From the NCBI RefSeq assembly GCF_001194135.2, contig NC_068991.1, positions 40,643,088 to 40,689,028 of the forward strand: a stretch of 45,941 nt of DNA, in the 5' to 3' direction. The notes under the pieces were generated by a model. It saw nothing but the letters and a program-made list of their open reading frames with translations, ran no database searches and was not told where the DNA came from. Both the position numbers and the translations under genes were made by a program. This stretch comes from Octopus bimaculoides. Lineage: Eukaryota. This document shows positions 10,762-20,800 of this stretch, one piece after another. How positions within the stretch are numbered: the first letter of the stretch is position 1; each line of letters begins with the position of its first letter.

Positions 10762-11429
10762 TATATACACACACATATATATATGTGAAATCTCTGAAGC
10801 TTATACTGTTGGTAGTTACTTGGACTTCACAGTCACATCAGAAACTTCTCTTCATCTTCTTCCACAGATGTTCTTTATAGGCCCCAAAACTGGCAGATGC
10901 TATCCAAAAAATGAAACATCAACCTCTTGGGTTAATTGCTTGTTATTCTATCAGCTTTGTCATCTGTACTGTCAATGAATCTTTGTGACTTTTAGCACAA
11001 GAATAGTAATCCTACCATAATCATTATTATGCATCAACATGAATATAATCATTTCATCTGTTTGTATATATATGGGATTACATTTTCTAATATATCCTAA
11101 TTTAAGAGGGTAGTGTGTTATTTGAGGGAAACTTGACCTTGTATCAATCAGGCCATACACCCATGCAGAAGCCTTTCTACTTGGCTCAAAATATAGTTTG
11201 TCATGTAAGAACACAATGATGGAAGGCATTTGAGTCATGATAGTTTCACCTTTTCTATGTCTAGAATCTATGTTGATCAATATAGCCTTTATTTAATAGT
11301 GTAGCAAGCAATATGTTCCTTTTATACATTAGCTTCTTGACACCTAGCACATATTCTCTGTCTCTGTCTGTCTCTCTCTTTTTCTCACTCTTTCTCTACT
11401 ATATTCCTATTTAGCCAAGGTGATTTTTA

Positions 11430-11615
11430 GTTTTGGTGGTTACATGGCAACCTCACTAATGTTAGTGACATGAAAAATGCACTGGAGGAGCATCCAGCCT
11501 TGGAAACCATGCTAAAGCAGATATTGGAGCTTGGTGTGGTCCTCCAACATGTTGGTTCCTGCTGAATTGTCCAAGTTATGTCAGCAGGGAAGATGGACAT
11601 TAGATGACAATGATA
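11430..11615 (+). mobile_element. SINE family B
   Basis: Body GCATCCAGCCTTGGAAACC...GGAGCTTGGTGTGG with decayed (GAT)n tail. Confidence 0.65.
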
Positions 11616-12759
11616 ATGTGTGATGAATTTGTGAGACATTGCATGTTATTTTCAGCAGGTTAATCCAAAACTGAATTGCGTGCGCTTACCAAACCCTGAC
11701 TTGTCTGATGGTAAAAATGTTTGATAAGAACAGGGTTTTCCAATTTTTCAATGTGTTCTATTACTTTGTGTAAATATATATATTTCAGACAAATGTAAAA
11801 CAAGTATAAGAAGTAAAGTTGTATAAAAACACAAATTAATTGTTTTTTAATTTGAAATAAGTTCTATTTTTTTTCACTATTTTCTTTGGTGTACAGTAGC
11901 AAAATATTTTCCTTTTATTGACAGCAGTGATATAGCATGGGTTGCCAGTATCTGGGGCAAAGCAAGTATTGCTGGGAGGAAGAACTATTTTCTTATATTT
12001 ATTATTACCACCTTATTTTTTACTTTTGAAATTTTGCATCTCTGTGGCCTTTTCCACACTTCATCACTGATTAACAGTAAATATTTACTATAAATTATGA
12101 GGTCATTTGCAGATAGTCAATAGCTTAGTAATGGAACATTGAACTGGTTGAAGATCTCAGTGTCCTTGGTTCATTTCCATGTTTCATCATGTAGACGGGG
12201 TTTTGTTATGTTCTTGAAATTATTACTATTTGAAATTTTACTTGAGGAGGCTGACAGAAGTGGAATTATTGGTTATATATTTGCGTATCAATGTATACTC
12301 ATTACAATAATATTTAAAACTATTTAACAATATTATTGATGCTTTTAAACTACAGGGTCATATCTTTTACCTGTACATAAATTTCTATAGCAATATTCTA
12401 CCAAAAAGACATTTCAAGCAATAATATTTACAACTTCATTACTGGACCTTATTTAAATACAGCTACCATGCATAATGTTTTGGGGAGTTTTTTATATTTG
12501 TTAATACCTGAATATGAAGGTGACAGAGCAAGAAAGAGCTATTAAATGTCTGACTTATTTATGTACATAGATGTTTAAGATCTATATTAGTGCAAAGTAG
12601 AGCAATGTAGTTAATACAAATAGTTCAATTGCTTTTTAGATCAATAAGTTTTATTACTAAGTTAATAAATAAGCTATTATTCACACAATAAAAACATTTG
12701 TATGACTACCAAATAATATTAAACTAATCTAGCAAATTAATTTTTTCATTGTTTTTAAG

Positions 12760-13083
12760 AACAAATGAAAGAGAAGCAAGTAAAAGTTGAAAAGGAATAC
12801 AATGAAATGAGGAAAGAGCTGACACAATACCTGAGTGAAAAAGATAAGGAAGTGAAAACTTCAAAACGACAAATTTTAAAAATACAAAATGCCCACAGAC
12901 AAGAGCTTACCAAGAATAAATCACTGGAAGAACAGATAAAAGTTTTGAAACTTAAACATGAAAATAAGATAGTCACTTTGATAAAAATATTCCAGTCTCA
13001 TATAAATCAGTTGAAAATTGATCATGATATGGTGTTTTGCAGAATAAAAACTGACTACAATAATTACATGAGAAAAGTAAATG
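12760..13083 (+). CDS. Gene 1 exon D, long form of the duplicated symmetric exon (phase 1-1, 108 codons)
   Basis: Acceptor TTTTTAAG|AACAAATG, donor AATG|GTAATT identical to that of exon B; ORF 12765-13166. Confidence 0.85.
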
Positions 13084-13661
13084 GTAATTCTAGTTTAAAT
13101 TTTTTTTGTGTGTGTGTTTGTGTGTGTGTGTTTAAATTTTATTTCATTTACTATTTTCTTCTTTAAAGAAGGGCAGAAACAATAGTTTCTATGTTTTATA
13201 TTGTTTATTCTGGAAGTTGTATTTAAAGATATTGATGCTTTTAAACAAAATGTTCATATCTTTTACCTGTACCTAAATTTTTATAGCACTGTCACTCTAC
13301 CAAAGCATCTTTCCTGGCAATAATGCCTGTTGCTCCCAGGTTACATTTAAATGTAGCTACTGCACATGGTAAAAGCAAAGACACTGGAAGTTTTTTTTTG
13401 TTTTTTTTTTTAATGCATGAATATGAAGAAGATATATCAAGTAACAGATGTCAACTATCTCAACTATCCATGTACTTCATAGAAATTTGTATAAATGCAA
13501 CATAAAACAATTTAGCTTATGTGAAACATTCAATTTCATCCTAGATTGTCATTATCATCTTATATCCACTTTCCATGTTAGCTTGGGCTCAAAGCAGGTA
13601 TTATGATCTTTTCTAATGTTATTGTTCTTCTAAACACAGAGAACTGTGGCTTAATTGTATG

Positions 13662-13931
13662 CAGGGCTGATTTTAAGCCAATTAGACAGATTTGTTCAAG
13701 TTGGGTCCTGTGCCAAGAGAGGGTCCTGTACACACACTCAAGCAGAGGACATTATAATGAATATTTAGTATATCATTGTGGCTAATGGTGGAGCCTCAAG
13801 CTTTCAATGCTTTTTGGCTGGGACTGGCATACTACATGAAGCATACAACATCAATCTTCAGCTTTTGTAAAATAGAGGGCCCCCCATGACAATTCTGTAA
13901 TTGGGCCCCATGTTTCTTTGCACTGGCCCTA
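13662..13931. mobile_element. hAT-type MITE
   Basis: Perfect 8-bp TSD ATTGTATG (13654-13661 and 13932-13939); termini CAGGGC... / ...GCCCTA. Confidence 0.8.
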
Positions 13932-14210
13932 ATTGTATGTTCCATTTTTGACATTGTTTCTACAGCTGCACATTTTCCCTAATTCTAAGCATTTTACAGA
14001 GAATACAGAGAGAATTTTATCTCAACCCTACACTGTCTGTGCTTGTTTGTCAAGTAATCAATAATTAGTATTGCTAATGTTAATTCAAAGAAGAGGTTAA
14101 TACTCACACAATATTGACAATAAACATGCATCATCATCATGATGCCTAATCACAATTAAACTAACATAACATTTTATTTTTATCTGATTGTCTTTCAAAT
14201 TAAATTGAAG

Positions 14211-14390
14211 AGATGTCAAAAGTTGCTTATGCGGATCACAAAGAAATGGTGAATCAACTAACCAAATACATGATTGAGAATGATAAGAAATCAAAAACTT
14301 CCAATCAAGAAATAGTTAAAATACAGAGTGCCTATGAAGAAAAGATTACTGAATGTAAATCTTTGGAGGACGAGATACAGATGTTGAAAG
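14211..14390 (+). CDS. Gene 1 exon E, duplicated symmetric exon (phase 1-1, 60 codons)
   Basis: Acceptor TTGAAG|AGATG, donor GAAAG|GTGACT; DKKSKTSNQEIVKIQSAYEEKITECKSLEDEIQMLK matches the repeat motif. Confidence 0.78.
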
Positions 14391-15397
14391 GTGACTATAA
14401 TTATGAGATCAATTCTATAAATCTTACTGCCTACCCTCAAGAATTTCTACCTTTGTTCTTTGCCTGTGAGGAATCTGATTAAGGTTCCTCTCCATCTTAA
14501 CTCTTGCACACAATGCACATTTACATTATCTCTCCAGACCTATCTCTCATTGTGCCTGCATTGACTGAGGCAGCTCTAAAGTTATTGACGGGATGGGAAG
14601 TGTAGACAGGGTAACTGTGGTATGTTTTCAGCAACTGAAAGGAAGAAGGTTTGTGGGAATATTCGATAGCAGAAAATAGACCTTTGCATTTGTCAAAATA
14701 TTTCCATTTGAAGAATTGCTATTACCTGCAATTAAGCTATTGGGTTTAGTTCCATTATAGTAGAAGATAAAAATCATGCTTTAACTATGAGTGTAATGTT
14801 GTATGTAGAATGTGAAGCTTTGCTATTTTAGATTCTAGAATGTATAAACATGTAAAATATGTTAACATATAGAATGTATAGACATGTAGAAGTACTGTCT
14901 CTGATGTACAAAATGTTGCTGGTCAAGAGCATTGCCTTACTGATGCACTTATTTTACCTGATGAACGGAAATTGTATTTACTTGTATATAATTAGTTTGT
15001 CTCTATCTCAGAGTTTACATGTTAAAATATGAATTGTGCTGTATCAAATTGTCAAATAAATCCCAATAAAATAACTAATTAACTGCAAAAAAAAATACTG
15101 GGATCAATATGAGCCACAAGAGATTCCAGAAGATTGTGCCCCAGGAAGAGAACAGTCCAGTGCCTGAAACCAGTAGCAGAATAGAAGAATAGTTAACTTT
15201 TGTAAAATACTTTTCAGTGCACTTTACTAAAATCTTACTTACTTGTCAGCTACATTATACGAGGCATATAGATTTGAATTCATTGAATTTCAATAGTTGC
15301 TTTTAATGTTTACTCACCATTTGTACATTTTGTATTATGCTTTTTTTATTATACGTCTTTTTGTTTTCAACATTATATGCATGTGTGTGTTTGTATA

Positions 15398-15470
15398 TTG
15401 TTGTTGTTGTTGATGTTGCTGTTGTTGTTGTTGTTGTTGTTGTTGTTATTATCATTATTATTATTATTAT
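15398..15470. repeat. (GTT)n-(ATT)n compound microsatellite
   Basis: Direct reading. Confidence 0.95.
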
Positions 15471-15480
15471 TTCTATTTAA

Positions 15481-15569
15481 AACAGGTTGATTCGGCCTGA
15501 GTCCGACAAGTTAGATACCTGTAATGAGCTTACGAAACTTTAAGTTGCATGGGGCCAAATCAACCTGTT
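15481..15569. mobile_element. 89-bp TTAA-flanked mini-MITE (Kolobok-like termini)
   Basis: TIR AACAGGTTGATTCGGCC / GGCCAAATCAACCTGTT (16 of 17 match), TTAA at 15477-15480 and 15570-15573. Confidence 0.7.
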
Positions 15570-15659
15570 TTAACTAATGATATATGTAACTCCTATTAAA
15601 TGTGTTGAGTGCCTCTTTCTTTTGTTTGTCCACTCATCCACATATGTGTGTATATAAAG

Positions 15660-15973
15660 ATTGCCACTCCCGAGAATTAGCCTCTTCACAATCCCAATGT
15701 GAAGAACTTCAACAGGTCTTACGTGAAACCAAAAGTAACTGTGAGAAAAGTCTGTCTGACAAAAAAACGTTGGTGATGCTATTCGAGTATGAAAAGATGT
15801 CTGAAAAGAAAATTCATGAAGAGGAGATCGACAAACTAAACAGAATCATAAATGAAGTCAGAAACGAGTGTCAACAGTGGAAAAAGGCAAGCACAGATCA
15901 GACTAAACTTGAAAAAGCAACATCTCAAGAGTTAGAGGTACTTAAAAAGAAGCATGAAAATCTATGTTCTAAG
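15660..15973 (+). CDS. Gene 1 exon F, coiled-coil (phase 1 to 0)
   Basis: Acceptor ATAAAG|ATTGCC, donor AAG|GTAATT; 314 nt open (ORF 15602-15988). Confidence 0.85.
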
Positions 15974-16157
15974 GTAATTTGTGTGTAGTATTTTTTAAAT
16001 TTTGTTTTAAAAATGAAACTTTTATGTATGACACAGGATTGAAAGATAAAGAAAGCTAATGAACTATAAAATCAATAAACTTTGCAAACATATATATATA
16101 GATATTGATGATATTGAGCATAGTGATAACAATGATGACTATTATTATCATCTTTTT

Positions 16158-16380
16158 GAAGGTAGTGAGCTGACAGAATTGTTAGCATGCCAGGAAAATG
16201 CTTAGCAGTATTTCACCTGTCTTTACATTCTGAATTCAAATTCTGCCAAAGTCGACTTTACTTTCTATCCTTTCAGAGTCAATAAATTAAGTACCTGTGA
16301 AACACTTGGGTTGATGTAATTAACTACTCCCTTCCCCACCTCCAAATTTCAGACTTTGTGCCTATAGTAGAAAGGATTCT
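16158..16380 (+). mobile_element. SINE family C
   Basis: GAGCTGACAGAATTGTTAGCATG...TTCAAATTCTGCC...GTGCCTATAGTAGAAAGGATT; relatives at 29480-29800, 34310-34540, 37786-37985, 38470-38750. Confidence 0.78.
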
Positions 16381-16443
16381 TATCATCTTTTTGTTTTCCT
16401 CTTCATTTAACTTATTTCATCTTTTGGAGTCTAAAGATAAGAG

Positions 16444-16492
16444 GATGTCTGTGTACAGAGGTTTCAGCCTCAGTAGGGATTATCAGCACATC
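16444..16492 (-). ncRNA. Degenerate minimal type I hammerhead-like motif
   Basis: Minus strand GATGTG-CTGATAA-TCCCTACTGAGGCT-GAAAC-CTCT-GTA-CACAG; correct element order and 4-bp stem I, but G8 is A. Confidence 0.4.
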
Positions 16493-18621
16493 AATTGTCC
16501 AACCTTATTTTCAGCAGATGATGCACATAGACATTTATAAAAAAAGAGCAGGACAAGCTTTGATTCCCATAAATTGCTGTGCAGGTGATACCTATTGATA
16601 TTAAGGCAGAAACAAGAGTTCACAGCTGTCTGCTTCTCTTCAGACAATCGGACTGTCTTTTCATTAAAGGCATGTCAGGAAAATTCTTGATTCATGAGAT
16701 TATCTCCCCTTCTCATCTGGAGTTGCCATTGAGTGACTGATCTCTCTTAACTCTTGAAGCAGAGTTAGTTTCAATAAATCAAAATTTATCTTGCATGTTA
16801 TTTAATATACTCCTTAATTACCATTATTCCCAGGTCTCTTCTGACCCAGACTAGTGGTACTTGTCCGGGTCCCGTCTATGGGTTAAATAGATTTCCCAGG
16901 AGGTTCCCCCCAATTTTTTTTTGACAAAGCCATGGGGAGGGCAGCTCTTCTAGGACAAAGATACTCTGACATAAAACTTGCAGTCAAAATAGTACCTGTC
17001 ATTTTGCAATGCTTCTCACTCAAACATACTATGATGACTGAGAGAGTGGCAAAAGTGTTGTACAGGCTTTTATTACTTAAATCCAATGATATACAGATAT
17101 CTTGCTATCATTTCATATCCTAGTTACCTGAAAAGTTATATCTGTGAAAATGCAAGGATGAAAGTAAGCCAGAACAATCAGGCTGAATGTAAGAGAGCTA
17201 TCTTCTGACAAGATGATGCAATTATCATCATCATACATACATATATATATAGCGAGAGAGAGAGAGAGGGGGGAGAAGGAGGGGATAATGATGTAAATAC
17301 AGAAATAAAACCACTTGGGCTAGATATATGAAATATACATACACATATAGATAGAGAGAAAAGAAAGATTATTTGCAATGCTTAAGATGTACTAGACTGG
17401 TTTGGGTGGGTAAGATTGCATGTTGTATAACTGGTAATTTCTGGATGCTTTGAAATAAATCAACAGATAACAGTTTATACTTATCATGGCTTCTGTTCAT
17501 CTGTTACAAAGTTTTTCACAACTACAATGACTTGGAAGTAGATACAAATATGAGTCTGATTTACTAGAGAACTTCTTGCTGTAGTCGTAGAGGTCTCCTA
17601 CTCAGTTGTGTGGAAAGTGAAATGTAATGATGTAAAGCTCACACAAGGTTTGCCATTGATGACAAGTTAACTGTCTATGGATAACCGAAGAAAAGAGAGA
17701 CAGAGAAGTTAACTCACTAAAATTTGCAAAGAAAAGCAAATGTTTTCCTGTAGGTGTCTCAAATTAATACCTGTACTGAAGTTGAACAAGCTCAGTAACA
17801 ATGGAATTGGATGGACTATCTGAATTGAACTCAACTAAGATGGTGATGAACTTGACAGGTGATGCTAATAAATTCTGAGTGCAGATTCTGAGAACAATGG
17901 ACAAAAGCATGATAACTGAGGTTTCGATTCTTGGTTGTGAATTTAGTGTGCATCCCCCCCCACACACACACACACACCATATGTATGTATGTATGTATGC
18001 ATGCATGGTGGTGGTGGTGGTGGTGGTAGTGCAAACAGGAAAAATAGAATTCAAAATATGAGTATATGTATATACTAGTTTGATAAGTGCCAACACATGA
18101 AACTTTCGGCCCTTGAGTCACTCTGTTGCTTCTGCTAAATATCAATATATTGTATGAGGAAAAAGGTCAGTAACTCAACTTGTTGGTATTCTATCAATGC
18201 CTATAATGCCAATGGATTAAACTCAATGTGTGAAATATGAAACCACAAATGCATTTTGTCTGATTTTAAATGCTTGTACTAAGTGATCTATTCTATGTTG
18301 TGTAAATAAAACTAAATCTGTTTCAGATTCTATTACACAAACTTCCTGTTTTGAACTAATCTAAATTAAACCCTTCCATTAAAATTTCATGTTAATTTAT
18401 GTTTGAAACACCATTTTAATAGTGATAAAGTTACTTAAATTTTTCGTTATTTTCAAAATTAATTAAAACAAAGCCAGTGTATTTCTAATAGAAGTATGGT
18501 TACAACAGAGTTAAGTGTCTTGAACATGTGTGTTTTTTAACTTAACAATTTGCAGATTGTAGTACAGATGCTGCATGGAAACAGAAACATAATTTCAACC
18601 ATTTAATTTTTTTCTCTCCAG

Positions 18622-18756
18622 ATTGAAAGTCTCAGAAAAGAACTGAAGACAACCAAAGAAGAGAAGAAAGTTGTTATTGGTAAACTCCAGGACTATGAAA
18701 CGTTTAATCTGCTGTTTACAACAATGTGCTGTTCCTTCTTTGTGGTGCTTTTGTAG
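18622..18756 (+). CDS. Gene 1 exon G (phase 0), possibly terminal
   Basis: Strong acceptor TTTTCTCTCCAG|ATT; IESLRKELKTTKEEKKVVIGKLQDYETFNLLFTTMCCSFFVVLL-stop (TAG 18754-18756). Internal donors at 18680 and 18702 are possible, so the 3' end is uncertain. Confidence 0.65.
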   Translation: MESLRKELKTTKEEKKVVIGKLQDYETFNLLFTTMCCSFFVVLL

Positions 18757-19239
18757 GACTGGCTGACTGTGTCCTCTGATAATTAATGTTCTTTCCGTGA
18801 ATGTAATACTGTACAAATGACAGGATCAAAACCACCAATCTATGGATAATTTTCTGGTATCTCTATTCATTTTACTATCTGTATTCCCAATGTATATTTC
18901 TGTTTTTGAAACTTGTATATGTCTTGATGTGGAATGAAACTCAGGAGATTGTTTCAAATTCTTAGTACAATTAGAACAATAGGTTTCTGAATCATTAGAA
19001 AGACACTTTGTTGCTTGATCTTGTTCTGTTGAGAGACTACAGTTTGTAGAAAATTAGTTAATTCTTACTCATAAGATAAATGACATTTCCTGTTTAACTG
19101 CAAGTTCAGCAGAACTATTGGCTTCAGTGGAAGCTGAAGACCAATCATTGTCCAAATTTTAGTAAACTGAAACTACTTTTCCCATAGAATATTCAAGAGA
19201 AGGCATGGCAAATTCAAACAGAGATGTGTACTGAGAAAA

Positions 19240-19418
19240 AGCTAGATCGCAACGGTGCTCACCTGCTGATACTCCCAGTTTGTCACCAACTGTTTGTGCC
19301 AGCTTGCATGTTCATTACTAGGGACACTATTTGTCATCCGAAATGTTTTATGTTTGAAAAATTGTTCATAAACTGATTTGTTTGTGATGAGAGGCATTTG
19401 TAAACTGAGGTTCCACTG
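19240..19418 (-). mobile_element. Tigger/pogo-like terminal fragment
   Basis: Minus strand TA|CAGTGGAACCTCAGTTTAC followed by decayed subterminal (C/T)GAAC repeats; other end not found. Confidence 0.6.
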
Positions 19419-19599
19419 TATTGTCAAATCACATGTTATTTTGAGTGGATGAGAAGGAGATGGTTATGATAAGTGTCAAGAGATTTTGGGGTTTTTCCTT
19501 TTTTTTTCTACTAAGATTATGAAATTTCATACAGAGACTGTGTCATCAATCTGTGAAAATCAGGGTTCTCATGCACACTAAGTCATTTGATGGCTAGCA

Positions 19600-19850
19600 G
19601 GAGGATAAACTGGCTTGGTGATCAGGTTGGATTCCTCCCAACTTCCACACCAGTATCATCAGTGGTCTCCACTGGGTCCTAGGAAGAAAGGATGTCTGAA
19701 GAAGTGGTTGGCATTAATAAAAAAGGATCTCATGGGTGATGACAATGGCTGGGATGAGGTTTGGAGGCCTGACACTTGAAAGAAATGACAGGAAGGCTCT
19801 GGTAGCCCTATGTTCCTTGAGCAGGCAGGCCTAACTAACTAAGGTTAATA
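19600..19850 (+). mobile_element. Decayed RTE-like LINE 3' fragment
   Basis: Peptide PRKKGCLKKWLALIKKDL resembles the RTE C-terminal RPRGRP..RW...IK.DL motif. Confidence 0.45.
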
Positions 19851-20509
19851 CCATCATCACCATCATAAATTTATATCTGTTTTCCGATGGGCTGGAGAGA
19901 GTAACAGAAGAGAACTAGAGTGATAGGCATGAGTGGGTTATATAAGGGAGAGTAAAGGAAGAGAGAATGACAGACAGCTACACAATGATTGTTGGTAAGA
20001 ATATTGAATACAAACAGAATAAGCTACTCGACAAATAAGAGTAAGGGATAGTGAGAGACTGGATGACAGAAGATGGAGTTCTGGAAGTGAGTTAGAGAAA
20101 GAGAGAGAGAGAGAAATGTCAACAATAAGTGCTGGAGGAAGAATCAAGTGAGAATTAGTGATGGTTTGCAAAGAGGATGGGTGCTGGTAAAAGATAGTGA
20201 GTGATGAATGTCAGTAGTAAGTGATAACTGAGAGAATATTAGGAGAGACTAAGAGAGAAAGGGATGGCTAGCAATTAAGAAATGGGTGATGGTAAAGTGA
20301 GGATCAAAAATAAACAGAGAAAGCTAATACACTACCATCCTTCATTATACAGGTGCACTATGGGAGAGATATAGGGCACTAGTGGGGAGGCACATTGCTT
20401 GAAGACAGGTAAGTGAGAGATGAAAAAAATGACAAAGAAAAACAGAAGGCTGAGTATGGAAATTTAATATGAACATAATAGCTATTGATAGATATTGTAC
20501 ACCCCAATC

Positions 20510-20800
20510 TCCATTACCAACACCTTAATCAGTTTTGCATCCATTTTTCCATACTTGCATTGGTTAGACCAGTCCTTTCCAACTCAGCACTTTCTCAGAG
20601 TCTGTGGTCTTTTATCTACTTCAGCTTCTTAGGATCAGTTTTTACCACTTCATCATATGTCCTTTTGTACTCCTTCATCCATGGATTCCATTCACTTCGG
20701 ACATTCAGCACTTCTTAATACAACTGGCATCCTCCATATACTTATATACCTTGAAGTTCTGTCTTCAAAAGTACAAAGCAGCCAGTCATTTAATCAACAG
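20510..20800 (-). mobile_element. Decayed RTE-like LINE 3' fragment
   Basis: Minus-strand peptide MEDASCIKKC-MSEVNGIHG then frameshifted DEVVKTD; ends in a family-B-like tail. Confidence 0.55.

Noticed and set aside
14958-14971. CTGATGA-ACG-GAAA hammerhead-like core
   Set aside because: No stem II can form and there is no stem I or cleavage-triplet support.
17770-17830. LRR-like peptide LKLNKLSNNGIG
   Set aside because: A single short match bounded by stops, with no splice support.
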